From: Octopus bimaculoides
Taxonomy: Eukaryota
Assembly: GCF_001194135.2 (NCBI RefSeq)
Contig: NC_068988.1
Coordinates: forward strand, 93,460,549-93,524,515
Direction: 5' to 3'
DNA length: 63,967 nucleotides
The stretch's first letter is position 1. Each line of letters begins with the position of its first letter. The notes beneath the pieces are model-generated. The model made no database searches. It was not told where the DNA came from and saw only the letters and a program-made list of their open reading frames with translations. Shown piece after piece: positions 36,404 to 50,040 of the stretch. A program made the position numbers and the translations under genes.

Positions 36404-36553
36404 AGGCACGGGTATGGCCGTGTGGTTGAGAAGCTCACTTTGCAACCACGAGATTTCGAGTTTAGTCCCATTGGGGACTAAACTCTAGTATAGCCTACAG
36501 TGACCAATCCCTTGTGAGAAAAGTTCAGTGGACGAAAACTGCGAGGAAGCCTG

Positions 36554-36604
<51 letters not shown>

Positions 36605-36700
36605 CACACAAACACGTGTGTGTGTTTGTCTGCGGCCTCACCCCTTGTGAACCGGTGTCGGTTTGTTTACTTAACGGTTGGGTCTAAGGGACCAATAGAG
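36404..36700 (+). mobile_element. decayed family B SINE with internal (TA)n
   Basis: Head GGCCGTGTGGTTGAGAAGC...CCTTGTGAG...GACGAAAACTG.G...GCCTGTC, then (TA)n. Confidence 0.75.
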
Positions 36701-36759
36701 TAATTTACGTTTTGATTTCAAATCCCGTCAGGGTCAAATCTACTCTTTTACTCGCTAGA

Positions 36760-36991
36760 TATTCTTTTCTTCTCAAGGCACAAGGCCCGAAATTTTTTGA
36801 GGATTAGATCAATTAGATCTAATCCCAGTCGATTAGATCAAGCCAAATACGCAACTGGTACTTAATTTATCGACCCCAAAAGGATAAAAGGCAAAGTCGA
36901 CCTCGGCGAAATTTGAACTCATGACATAAAGACAGACAATATGCCGCTAGGCATTTCGCCCGGTGTGCTAACGTTTCTGCCAGCTCGCCGC
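36760..36991 (-). mobile_element. family C SINE
   Basis: Near copy of 17789-17969. Confidence 0.92.
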
Positions 36992-37420
36992 CTTATACTT
37001 TTCACATATTGATAGCGTAAAGTGCCCGTCGAGTAATGAGGTCTATATGCTCCATCAGATTCTTTAATAGAATTGAAGAGAAATTATCGTAGGAATGAAA
37101 TGTGAAAATACAGATACGCAAAATTTAGAGATTGAAAATAATCTCTATGATGAAAGACTGAAACTTAGAAGTAAAAGTAAGAAATCAAAAAAATTTTTAG
37201 ATTCTTGGACTTATATCGCTTTGTCAGATAAATTCGTTCGTGGACTTATATCGCATTGTCGGATAAATTCGTTCGTGTTTTTTTTTTCTACTTGATATTC
37301 CATCATCATGTTTGAAAAGAGGTAAAAATTGATTCAAATTTCAAAAACGATGAACAAAAGTTGTAGAGGAAATTGCTGGCCTTGTGCCAGAATTTGAAAT
37401 GAACATTGCTCTTGGTTCTA

Positions 37421-37620
37421 AGGTGGTGAACTGGGCAGAGCCGTTAGCAGACCGAGGAAAATGCTTAGCAGCATTTCGTCCCTCCTTACGTTCTGAGTTC
37501 AAATTCCGTCGAGGTCGACTTTATCTTTTATCCTTTCGGGGTTGGTAAAACAATTAACCGACAATGTAATCAACTTGCTCTCCTCTCCTAAATTGCAGGC
37601 ATTGTGCCTATAGCAGAAAC
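37421..37620 (+). mobile_element. family C SINE
   Basis: GTTCTGAGTTCAAATTCCGTCGAGGTCGACTTT..CTTT.ATCCTTTCGGGGT...AAATTGC.GGC.TTGTGCC. Confidence 0.88.
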
Positions 37621-38148
37621 CAATATTAAGTTTTATACCTGTATTACATATCAATACAGTACATTTATAAAAGCTTCACACACGCACACCAAAGGTACGA
37701 AGAGCTGAGCTCGGTTATGTAGAGAAAAATGCATGAATCGTAAAATTACAGAAATTGGAATAAAATATATATTTACCTTTATTATCCGGTCATAAAAGCA
37801 ACTTTATTAGAAATGGTTGAGTGTCAGATGTGATCATACTGACAGCAAGAGTGCATCTCACTGAAAGAACATAAAAGATAGAAAATTGGCAAGCATAAGT
37901 GTTTTGCTAATGGGAAGCATTAGTTACGACAGAAATGGCACTGAAACTATGTAGATATGATTCTTTGTGTTCTTAATTACTGTTCTGCTACCTTCGAAGA
38001 AATAAGCAATGCTAAAATGGGAGATCTTACTGCCTTGTGCAAGAAAACATTATTTAATATTTGTTGCTTTTTGTTATTGTTTTATATTACTAGGAAAGAA
38101 ACATCGAGTTTACCTGAATGGGCGCTAGGATATAACAGAAAATTATTA

Positions 38149-38315
38149 GTGGCCGTGTGGTAAGAAGTTCTGGGTTCAGTCCCACTGCATGGCACCTTGG
38201 GCAAGTGCCGTCTGCAATAGTTTCGGACTAACCAATCCTTGTGAGTGGATTTGGTAGACGGAAACTGAAAGAAGGCCCCGTCGCATATATGTATATATGT
38301 AAATGGATATCTATG

Positions 38316-38346
<31 letters not shown>

Positions 38347-38348
38347 AC

Positions 38349-38380
<32 letters not shown>

Positions 38381-38563
38381 TTTGTGCCCCCTCCCCACCA
38401 CTTGATAAACGGTGTTGGTGTATTTACGTCCCCGTAACTTAGTGGTTCGGCAAAATACACTGCCGTAAGTTACTGGGGTTGATTCATTCGACTAAAATGT
38501 CTTCAAAGTGGTGTCCCAGTATGGCCGCAGTCTAATGACTGAAACAAGTTAACGATAAAAGAT
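38149..38563 (+). mobile_element. family B SINE with internal (TA)/(GT)n
   Basis: Head and tail both present. Confidence 0.9.
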
Positions 38564-39349
38564 GTTGTAACTTCATACAAGGTTGCACGCTTCAACTCAC
38601 TTTTAATTTTCACCAATTAATATCGGATAATTTTCAACAAGGCACGAAATCTCCCTATTTTAATAGACTTTCTACATTATAAACTGAGTTTATATTTTCA
38701 TTGATTATAATCTGTTATTGTTATATAACCGTTTGTGAGCTTTATGTTCAAAAGAATCCCATCCATGACATCCTCGTTTATTCATAAATCCAGTGTTACA
38801 CCGTCTGATGTATCATTCATTTTCAAGACGATAGGATATGTAAAGGCCTTCTCCGGTTTACGATTCGTTTTTGCTCGATCAACTGCCTCTGGTTTACGAT
38901 TCGCATTCTTATTCGATAAACAACTGTTTGTAGACTCATACAGTACGTGGCTGAATATTCCAACAAATTTTACGTAATACACAAGTATAATGAACATGAC
39001 ACAGGCTATCAAGAGCAAACCCCTTTAAGTTATTGATGGAATCCATTTGACGGACGTCCACAGTTTCCGTCGATCCATTTTCACTCAAGAAGTTTGGACC
39101 GACTCAAGGCCACAGTAAAAATCATTGCCAAACAGTCCTCGAGGTGTCACACAGTGAAATCGGACCCATGGCCTCGCAATGCAAACTTCTTAACATTCAG
39201 CTACGTGCGTTCATAATTCTTATACAAATCTCTATATATTACACAATAGGGTTTTAATCTTATGTTTTTCTTCCATATTTTAAGTTCCACCTAAATCGAC
39301 CGAATGATCGAAAGTGTGGAGTAAAAAAAATATAATTACTGTCTAGAGT

Positions 39350-39580
39350 TCTAAGGACGGTTCCTGGTTTCTGTGGTGTACAAGGGACCGAGATTACAAC
39401 CCTTTCTCTTGTCTGTGAAGCTAGTCTGTTGTAGGGTTACTCGTTGACAGTTGACTGAACTGGAGCAACGTACAATGAAGTATTTTGCTCGAGAACACAA
39501 CGCACCGCCCGACCTGTGAATTGAAACCACGACCTTGCTATCGTGAGTGCAGCACCCTAACCACTAGACAACGCACCTTA
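39350..39580 (-). mobile_element. family D SINE
   Basis: GAACTGGAGCAACGT..AATGAAGT.TTTTGCTC.AGAACACAACGCACC...GAAACCACGA...CCCTAACCACTAG. Confidence 0.8.
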
Positions 39581-41869
39581 ATAGAGAAAGTAGAGACCAG
39601 GCTATAAATATTTAATCCTATATAATCTCTTCCTTCAATATTCAGAATTCAAATACTGCCATGGACTTGCTCTTCTTCTTCATAGAAATATCTCACAATA
39701 TCATAAATGTTAAACAGATATATTTCATACACTATAATCGGTTTTGTTGTACTAAATCCAAGCAAACCTAACTTCGAAACCATGTTAGGATTACTTCATG
39801 TATTGTTGGGCCAACTCAAAAAATTGTTGCCCTCAAATAATGAATATGTACGTGACAATTTTCTGTTTTCTTTTGCCTGATAATACAAGGCTTTAAGCTT
39901 GTGTTGCCAGCTTATATTGCCGAGTAGTGTATGAAGAACTTGTTGTGGTATGGTTGCAAAGTTTCGTCTGATATGTGTCTGCTTAACAGTTTGGTAAGCT
40001 ATACGGGTGTATTCACGTGTAATGTTACGGTTTTAAAATTGCAGTAAGGAATGGAATTCTCTGATCTACTGATAAAAAAAAATTACTCGAAACTTACAGT
40101 TCTACGAAGCACTTGTGCATATGTATTTACTTTTGTGTGCACATATAATTATGCGTATCCAGAAAGAAAAAAAATCCTACGTTTATTCTGAAGGTGAAGA
40201 TGCAAAATAGATTTATGCATTCATTGATAAAAATGTATTCAACTCTCCATTAACAAGATTCTTCATTAAAAAATAAAGAAAGAAAAATAATAAACGGTGG
40301 AGGAAAAGAAACGAAAGAAAAGCCCCTCAAAAAACAAAGTTTTAAAACATGTTTCGTTCAGAAGTTTCTAAAATGAAACAACAGTGGCAGGGTAAAACGT
40401 TTGGGTAACTTCCTGAGCGCAAAAGGATAGCAACAAAATGGGGTTAGCAGGAGCTGTTGTGGAGAGATCGTTGCTAACCTACTGAGTTGATCAGGTTGGG
40501 AAACAGTGAGCCTGCTGAGATGAACATACACTGTGCAGAAACGAATATGTCTTGGCCATCACTCAGTCATTCATAACTTAATGATGCATCGTTTTAAATA
40601 AATTTTACTGATGTTGTCAGTCAGCTCTGTCGCTGCCTATAACATAATTTACTTTGCATAAACAGGCTCTGCTTCTTGCATACAAATATGGGGGTTGTAG
40701 AGTTGATGCAAGATGATACCTAAGTTCAATCTTACCGTGTACCCATGATGCAATTTGAGTTCTCATCTGAAATCCCCTCGCTTATGTTTCTGATGCCCTA
40801 GAGAAGGAAAGAAAAAAAATAGCATAAATGTTATGTCTTATTTTACCCCTGCATATGTATCTGAGAATATTTTAAACGCATTTGAAAAATCAATTATTTC
40901 TTTACAACTTATCAGGTCGTGGCGTATCATCTGGTTAAATCATAGAAGTAGATTGACATACTGTTCCCTTTAAATATTTCGTGGAAGACTTTACAATAGA
41001 TTTGTCTCAGCTTTGTATCTAGTCAAGAACGTATGCGTATGTAACCTCCTATACCACGCTTTTGGTTTACTGTGGACTCGTTAATTTACAAATATTATTA
41101 CTAAATCAGTAATTATTTTGGAGTTATTAAATTATCTTCCTAAAGAAAGATATTTGAAACTAATGGCGTTTTAAGTGAGTAATTCGTGCTGTCTTTTCGT
41201 TCAGTCGAAAGTCAAACAAGATCTGTTAGTTAACCCTGCTTTAGAAGGCTGCCTGCTTGCTCTTACTTAAATACTGAGGAGACAAGCCCACAACTCACCT
41301 CAACCATCCAGTGATCCAGAACAATGAAGTATTTTCCATATCTGTTTTGAAATAAATAGTTTTGCTATTGTTTCATTCACTTTAGAATAGATTTGCCTCA
41401 ATTTTTTTTCCCCGAATTAAGATATCTTCTAGGAATAAACATTTTTGTATATTACATCGTTTCACGTTTCTGGATCAGAAAGCTGAAAGTAAGCTAAACA
41501 AAAAATCACGAATATTGGAAATTGTTCTGTAATTAATGGAATTTGTTCATCTTTATTTCTGTATAAACAATTAGTGCTTTGTTACTGCAGTGAGGCACTT
41601 GGGCCCATTGAAGTGGTTGGTAGCTCTAGATTCAAAGGAGTTGAGCGGCTGAAAGGTAAAGTTTACCCAAATTACACTTACTCAGACTTGGCTGCTCCTG
41701 CATCGGGCGACATCCGGGGGTGTCAAAACCCTTCAGCAGAATCAGTCAGCATCCACTGTCAATGTATCATTCCATCATAGGTTTACCAGCTGAAAGTCCC
41801 TACCGATTGTCCAGTGCCAGTTCTTGGTTTGTCCCCTACATCATTGCTCCTGGTGGTTTCCCTAAAGGA

Positions 41870-42125
41870 CTTAGGTGGTGACTCTGTTCATTGGGAGTTT
41901 TATGATATTTCTTAGCCAATTCAGTTGGTGTTTGCAGATGGTGATGGACACTGGGCGTTGGTTTACTCTTTTGGCTTCTTCGATGCTGATAAAATCATTC
42001 CATTTGATGCTTAGTATTTTCCAAAGGTATTTGCTCTCAAAAGTGTCCACTTTCTTTTCTTGGCTGCTTTTCAGGTGTTATGTTTCACAGCCATATGTAT
42101 TCCGAAGTCAGTTGATCAAAAGCGC
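41870..42125 (-). mobile_element. RTE-clade LINE fragment, decayed
   Basis: Minus strand YGCET*HL...EKKVDTFESKYLWKILSIKWNDFISIEE...RPVSITI...LNWL. Confidence 0.75.
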
Positions 42126-43994
42126 TAATTCCAGATAAACTGATCTCTGTTAAGATACCTAAGATTAAGGAAACAATCCAGATACCGATTTATGGAAGGT
42201 TAGCATAGGGTCTCATATGCTGTTTGTTTATCAACGAAATATGGAATGAATCGAAATGTTTTCGCCGCTAAAGATTCTCTCTCAAAGTTTTAGGCATAGA
42301 CCTCCCTTAAAAAACCTTTATCCTAATCTTGTTTATAATCAGAAAGAGAATGAAATGTCTGAATCAGATACGCACCAATAATCTATGTGTCAGTTGCTGC
42401 TGTCTAACTTTAGGCACTCGTTTCCCTTAACTAAAATGAATGGAAAAACAAAAATTAAGTATTTATATTTCTGCTTTGATATTCATAAGCAGAGTTACCA
42501 CCTTAAAGTGATTCACTTGGTAAATATTAGAGGATAAGGTGATCGGTGTAAACGACCACACACGCTCTTACACACCGGGTCTTCCCAAAAATGATAGCAC
42601 ACATTGAATGATTATAAAGTCATTGTTTGTTGAAATACGTTTCATTTTCAAAATTGAACAGGATCTACAGAAAAAATTCTATCTTTTCGATATATGCCTG
42701 TTTTAATCTGATTGTGTTTCTCGTTCAAACGTTGCGGTTTAGAATTTGGTTTAGATTAAGCATAAGAGCACAAAAAGAACAGCTTTTTGTCCTTACTTTT
42801 TGTCTCATTCTTTAAAAGAAATTTAGTGATATTTTCGAAGCATTTCTTTTTCTTCTCCTTTATTTTATAAGTGTAAGTATCAAAGTTCGACGATCCATTT
42901 AAATATTTAATAAATCTGGGAGTCTGGTATTCCTGGTGAGGCAAGCAAATATTCTTCCTACTTCTAGGGTAGGATATAAAATGTTGCCTGTAGCGAATGT
43001 GTAGTAGTTTAGAATGATCTAAATTCAAGCGTTTCGTTTTCCACTACCCCATATGATGGCCTCCACGTTCGAAGACTCCGAAACCCTTTGATGGCAACGC
43101 GAACCAACAATATTTTTTACTCACACACACACACACGTGTGTGTGTATGTGTGTGTGTGTGTATGTGTGTGTGTGTGTATGTGTGTGTGTGTGTGTGTGT
43201 GAATGTACTTTTGCATCTGAGCTTAGTCCCCCAACACTGCTTGATAAGCGGTGTTGCTGTGTTTACGACTCCGTAACTTTGCGGTTCGGCAAAAGACCGA
43301 TGGAATAAGTACCAGGCTTAGAAAGAAAATAAGCACATAGTTCGATTAGTCCAGTTAAAGTTTCTCAAGTCTCCAGCACGGCCTCAGTCTAATGACTGAA
43401 ACAAGTAAAAGAATAAAACAACATGGTGGTCCTGAAAGAAAACATTTCCCAGGCGGAGCTCTATGGAACGTGACCAGCAAGAGGAGGGCTTGCTCCTGAT
43501 TTGAACCTAAGATCAGCAATCATAAAGGAAGGGGATTAACAGATACCATCGACCCCGCCACCGGTACTTGGCTGGCACTTTATTTTAGCGACCCTGACAA
43601 AATAAAAGGAAAAAGTTAACGTTGGTCGGAATTGAGCATTCGAATGTAAAGGGCAGGGACAAATACCGCAAGGTATTCTGATCGACGCTTTAACGATTCT
43701 GCCAACCCAGCAACGCGAGCAGTGATACTTATATTATTTATTCTGGATATAAATCAAGCGACTTCCTGAGCAATAATCTGTGTTTCGTGTTTCGCACGTG
43801 TTTCTCCCAAACTGATGTTTCTGTTAATTAAAAGCGATATTATTTGGGATTTACAGCTTTTTTATTCGTCTAACCTTTCATTTTTTGTATAAGTTACACT
43901 GACGAAGGAAGTTTCAACAATTACTCTTTATGTATTGTATACGTAAGAAAGCAACAAAGCAACACTTCACGTGCAAGGGATCACGGAAGAAAGT

Positions 43995-44200
43995 TTTAAA
44001 TTCTACTTGTTTTGTGGTGGGTAGAATCCTCAGATATCTAGGCTTCTATCAGAAGCAACTGTTGCTATACTTTCCGGCTGGATTTCCCAAGTGTGACCAG
44101 CTGAAACCATGGATATTATCCAACCATCTCGTTCTCTGTCTGTCTCTAGATCTTCTGCCGATGAGGTTGGTTCAAATCCGTCTTGCGATTTTTTTCCTGT
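43995..44200 (-). mobile_element. RTE-clade (Rex3/Expander-like) LINE 3' end, decayed
   Basis: Minus strand GRRSRDRQRTRWLDNI...WSHLG / IQPESIATVASDR...LRILP with frameshifts. Confidence 0.7.
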
Positions 44201-44785
44201 GACAATCTAATCACATAGGCGCAGGACTGACTGTGTGGTAAGAAGCTTGCCCCCCAGCCACAGGGTTCCGTTGCTCCAGAAATCATTGGAAGGATTCTGC
44301 TATTGTTATTGTATTGTTTATTCAGTTGTTTTTGGAGTCGTGTCTTGTATCCCTGTTCCAGTAAAGGAATGTTGTATAGCGTCTTTTGGTGATGCAGGGT
44401 GATTCTAATTGTAAAAATGGAAATGCACGTCCACGTAATTAAGTTTGATTTGAAATCACATGATTTTCAATTCGATTCCACGGCGCACCATGTTTGGAAG
44501 CTTCGAGTCCATCAAAGTCTCGTAACAGAAATTATATAGGTGGAAAGCATGCGGAAGCGGGCTGAATGTTCTTGGGCGGTAGACCTATTTGCTGCTTGGT
44601 TCGACCCAGCCAGCTAGACCTTAGATGCCGTTGGTGGAGGGCTGAAAAGTCCTTAATGTAACGATAGATTTCTCTCCTCCTCTCTCCAAAGTCGGAGAAC
44701 CTGCGAAAAATGACGTATGTAGCCCTACCACCGTTGACAACTCGAGATGAAAAAATATAAACGATTTAAGTAATGTATTGGCTTC

Positions 44786-44964
44786 AGATTTTGGCACAAG
44801 GCCAGCGATTTCGGGGGAGAGTTAAGTCGATTACATCGAACCCAGTGCTTAACTGGCATTTATTTTATCGACCTCGGCGGAATTTGAACTCGGAACGTAA
44901 TGACGGACGAAATGCCGCTAAGCATTTCGCCCGACGTGCTTACGATTCTGCCAGCTCACCGCCG
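44786..44964 (-). mobile_element. family C SINE
   Basis: TTTTGGCACAAGGCCAGC.ATTTCGGGGGAG...GTCGATTACATCGA...CTGCCAGCTCACCGCC. Confidence 0.92.
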
Positions 44965-45324
44965 TAAGGATCCAATATATCATAGTTTTGAAAGGTGTTT
45001 AATAAACTAGAAACATGGGATGAGAGGTGGGGAAGATAACAAGAGTGTTAGCATCGCATATTAACTAGTTTTCGTTATTGTTCTACAAACTAGAGAGGGG
45101 AGATGTTTCAGCTAAAATTTAATCCAAACGAACAGATTTAAACAATTACTCACACAAAAATTAGTTTATACTGCGTGTTGTTTGTTCCTCCAACACAAGT
45201 ACTTTGTCATGTCAAAAGAAAATTATGAGATATAGACAGAGAGAAAAAGACAGAAAGAACAAGACAGAGAGAAATAGACTGAAACAAAAAAAAAAACAAC
45301 AGCAAACACTTGCGATGAGAATCT

Positions 45325-45355
<31 letters not shown>

Positions 45356-46017
45356 TACTGAGCGCCATCTTGTATTCAGTCAGCAGTTTTAGATATTTTC
45401 CGCTAAATTGCTTGTCACCGGCTTGTTTTATTGAAAACATCGTTTGTTTTCCTGGTTTTCGTTGGAAGCTGTGACAGTTCTGTATATTTGTGACTGCTAA
45501 AGTGAAATGAAGCGGTGTCTATCAACGATTTCCACGGTCTCAACGAAAAATATCTTGAAAATATTGCTACCGAAATATTGCTTGGAATGGAAATCTGTTT
45601 ATGTGTGTGTGTGCNNNNNNNNNNNNNNNNNNNNNNNNNNNNNNNNNNNNNNNNNNNNNNNNNNNNNNNNNNNNNNNNNNNNNNNNNNNNNNNNNNNNNN
45701 NNNNNNNNNNNNNNNNNNNNNNNNNNNNNNNNNNNNNNNNNNNNNNNNNNNNNNNNNNNNNNNNNNNNNNNNNNNNNNNNNNNNNNNNNNNNNNNNNNNN
45801 NNNNNNNNNNNNNNNNNNNNNNNNNNNNNNNNNNNNNNNNNNNNNNNNNNNNNNNNNNNNNNNNNNNNNNNNNNNNNNNNNNNNNNNNNNNNNNNNNNNN
45901 NNNNNNNNNNNNNNNNNNNNNNNNNNNNNNNNNNNNNNNNNNNNNTATATATATCTAAACATGTGTATATTTACGAGCATATGTTTGCACATTTGCATAC
46001 ATACATATATAGAAACA

Positions 46018-46062
<45 letters not shown>

Positions 46063-46547
46063 AAACACACTTATATCAAATATAAATACACATATGCTAT
46101 ATGTTGGTCAAAATGTTTTATAAAAAAAAAAAAAAGAAATTAGTGGAACTACTTCCTGTTTGTACTTCATTCTTCAACAAATAATTATTCTAAACAAGTA
46201 ATCCGAGATTCAGCAACAAAAACAAGACCAAAAATTAAAACCAAAAAGTATATTTGTGTTATCAGTAGAGTGTTATAGTTTTAAGATGTCGAAATGGTGT
46301 CTTTATGGCGTTGCTTCATCGCTGCTGAGTTAGGGATAACTGCGAAGGTAATTCATGTGAAGTAATTTAGCCAGAATACATTATGTAATATGATGCGGAA
46401 GATTATTCTTGATAGTTATTTGTGGTGGATATAAACGAAGCAGGGTTGTGCTAAACATTCTTAACAATCATGGACTGAATCATATAGGTTGTCCTACGTG
46501 CCCGCCACTTTAGAGGTGAGATCCACGGTTGTGGCATTCATTTAAAG

Positions 46548-46832
46548 CAGTGGTTCTCGACCATATCTTTCTTTTTTACCTGTGGACCTCTTTGACTCCT
46601 GTTTTTACTTGGGTGGATTTTCTTAGCCATTCCATGTTTTAAAGAAACTGTTATATTTTTATAATTGAATATTAAGAATTATATTAAAAAATCGTTAAAA
46701 CATTTTGAGTATTGTAGAAGTAGACCCAGTTTATTGCACATAAATTTTAACAGCAACATCTTATAAGGACCCCAGGGGTGATATGGGGGTCTAAGGGTCA
46801 CATGTATCTCGGTTGATACATGTTGAACACTG
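46548..46832. mobile_element. hAT-superfamily MITE with perfect 8-bp TSD
   Basis: Ends CAGTGGTTCTC ... GAACACTG; TSD ATTTAAAG at 46540-46547 and 46833-46840; related copy at about 53246-53495. Confidence 0.85.
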
Positions 46833-47819
46833 ATTTAAAGTGTAACTTATTGTAATAGTGGAAATGGTACAGCCATCCCACGCGACAAGTGGTATGGGAC
46901 AGCCACTATAAAGTGAAACGACGTCAACCAGTACAGGGAGTCATGTGTCAGTCGCTGTAGAGTCTTTGTACGAGTTCTCAGTTGGAGTTAAGTGTCAGTT
47001 GCGTGTTATAGTCGAGTTCGAGTAACAGTCAGGGTAAACGGTTCAAAGTCGGTGTCTTGCAGAGCTATCAACGATAGCACGATAGACAAAGCTGTGTATT
47101 ACCGTTCCGGTATACAAGAGATACATTGTATCCGATACCAAGAAATATCGTGGCTACAAGAGTAGATACAACAGCTTCAGTCACAACAGTGGCCACACTT
47201 TATAACTGTGGAAAACACCCCTTTACAACAATTATCGTAATCGAAAAGCAGACATTTTCATGGCATAGAGATAACACGAATCTCAAATGGCCGCATCACA
47301 TAGTATTGTCATATAATTCGTCACAATTCATTCATTTATGAAACGAGTGATGTATTATCAACAATTGTTTCATTCATTTGAAGGAAGTTGCGTCTAAATC
47401 GCATCTTAGTTATTAGAGACGTGGGCTCTTCCTGGTGAGATGATTAGATGTACTACATGTGGACTTTGATTCTAGTGATGAATCAACGATCCAATGAATA
47501 TGTTGCTCACTCACTGCTCATTCATGCAAGCGTTTGTTCATTTACTTAGTCTCTCAGACAATGAAAATCGGCGAATTTATGCTACTGGAGCACCAAATCA
47601 TGATTTATGAGTTATTGTTTCCTGTATCGATAAGATTTACCAGTTTAGCTTATCTAACTGGAGAATGAGTGTAAAATATTCCAGACGTATTACATATGAC
47701 AGACTTTTGTCTTATCCAATTGCGCAGAGACAGAATTTCAAATGAAAATAGAATAGATATACATTTGTAATTTAAGAATATTTAAACAGTACTATTTTCT
47801 GTATTATTGCGAATAAATT

Positions 47820-48214
47820 TTTCGGCGCTTTATGCTCTGATTTCAAATCCCGGTGAGGCCAACTTTACTTTTTCTCGTTTCAAGATTGATAAAATAAAGT
47901 ACCAGTCAGGCACTGGGATCGATAGAAGCGACTAAATCAGTCACTCTAAAACTGCAAAGCTTGTATTAAATTTTATTACAAATAAATTCACAAGAAAGAT
48001 ATAGCTTCAGAAAAAATACTGGTTTCATATTTTGGGACAAGGCCAGCAATTTCGAGGGAAGGATTCAGTCGATTACATCGGCCCAAGTGCTCAACTGGTA
48101 CTTATTTAGAAAGGATGAAAAGTAAAGTCGACCTCAGCGGAATTTGAACTCCGACGAAATGCTGCTAAGCATTTTCCCCCCACCCTGTTAAACGATTCTG
48201 CAATCTCGCCGCCT
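47820..48214. mobile_element. two family C SINEs, tail-to-tail (+ 47820-47935; - 48030-48214)
   Basis: Direct comparison with other C copies. Confidence 0.82.
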
Positions 48215-49495
48215 TATTCTCAACAAGTATTAAGATGTTCTTTAAATATGTTTTAAAAATTGTTTTTCAAAATTTAAATTTTCACACGGTAAATATAAAG
48301 TCGTTGAAAGTGTTTTAATTCTGACATCAAATAAATCTTTGGAAGACTTTTTTGTTGTTGTTGTTGTTGCTGAAGCATCGCTCGCTAAATATTATTTTTT
48401 GGTTGGTAGTTAAGCACACAGCTTTTCTTTGACTTTTGAAATGTGGGCCATTAAACTCTCCCACTTTGGATATTTATGTCAGGAATTTAAGACATACGCC
48501 ATTAATTCGCATTTGCTTAAACCAAATTATTCAAAACAATAAAATTTCAGCCGAAACTTATGTCTAAAATTTAATTCCTTCTGAACAGAAATATGTTGTA
48601 AATTATTTTGTTTGGTAAAGACTGATTTGTATTTGACTCAAAATTGTTTTGAAGAACTCTAAAGCTATAGTGACTTATGAGATATTCACATTTTCAGATT
48701 ATGTTGAAATATACAAATATGTACCGATGAATAATGAATCTTAATGTATGTATGTATGTATGTATGTATGTATATATGTATATATGCATGTATGTATGTA
48801 TGTATGTATGTATGTATGTATGTATGTATGTATGTATGTCTTTATTCAGTTTATTTCAAGATTTCTTGCCAATAGAGAAAGAACTGGTTTCTAACCTAGA
48901 TCCGAGGTTCCTTCATCGGAATTTCAAAATCAACAACAGGGTATTTTTGTATGTATGTATGTTCGTATGTATGATTGTATGTATGCATTCTTTTGAATTT
49001 TCCATTCTACTTAAAGATTTCTAATACATACGATTTTGAATTTGTGGGCGCTATATAATCGATTATACATTGGCTTTAATACTTGACAGATATTTTATAT
49101 TATCAATCACAAATTAATGACAAGTAAAGTTGAGCTCGAAGGTATGTGAACTCAGGAGTTAAACTACCCCAACTAAATACTAAATTATACGCTTCCACTC
49201 AAACCATTCTTTCGACACACAACTCTTAACTTCTTACATTTACCTAAGGATTTTGGTGGAAGGAAATAATCAATTATATCAACATCATTACTTGATTGTT
49301 ATTTTACTTTATCGATCCAGGAAAGATGAAATGCGAAATTCATCACCTCGATAGGATTTGAACCCAAAACCTAATGAGTCTACCTATTACTAGAAGGTGT
49401 TTTGGTCTATGCTTTAACGATTCTGCCAGTTCAAAAAGTCTGAGTTACAAATTTTGGCACTTGACTAACATGGTCATGTGTGTGTGTGTGTGTGT

Positions 49496-49554
<59 letters not shown>

Positions 49555-50040
49555 TTGAACCCAGTACTCAAGCTAGTACTTATTTTACCGACCCGAAAGG
49601 ACGAAAGGTAAAAGTCGACCCGGCGGTGTTTGAACTCAGGGTGTAAAGTCGGAAGAATTGTCGCTAAGTATTAATATTTTTCGTGGGACAGTAATAATTA
49701 TGCCATCTCGCCATTCATTCAAAAAACTATTGTTAAGTGTTTCTGCTAGAAAGAATCCTCCCCAGCATGCACACCTGGATATTACTATCTTGGGTGCTTG
49801 AACTCATGGGGCAGGTTACCCGGTTACCCGGTAACCCTAGCATGTAAGTGACCGAGATCACAACTTTCTCCGTGAATGAGACGTCAGTTGGTCGCAGAGT
49901 TACCAAGTTACAGATGAGTGACGACGAACAATGTGAAATGAAGTGTTTTGCTCAAGAACCCAACGCATCACCTGGTCCAGGAATCGAAACCACAATCTTG
50001 TGATTTTGATTGCAACACCCTAACCACTTGGCCACATACT
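49555..50040 (-). mobile_element. family C SINE (49555-49710) and family D SINE (49790-50040)
   Basis: C core GAAAGGACGAAAGG.AAAAGTCGACC; D core GTGAAATGAAGTGTTTTGCTCAAGAAC.CAACGCA. Confidence 0.82.

Noticed and set aside
38782-39018. 78-aa minus-strand ORF with internal NRKPE repeat
   Set aside because: Explained by a short GGTTTACGATTCG duplication; no homology recognised.
45361-45375. CTCF/YY1-like AGCGCCATCTTGTAT
   Set aside because: Lacks the CC at the 5' end of the CTCF core and sits beside a microsatellite; too weak alone.
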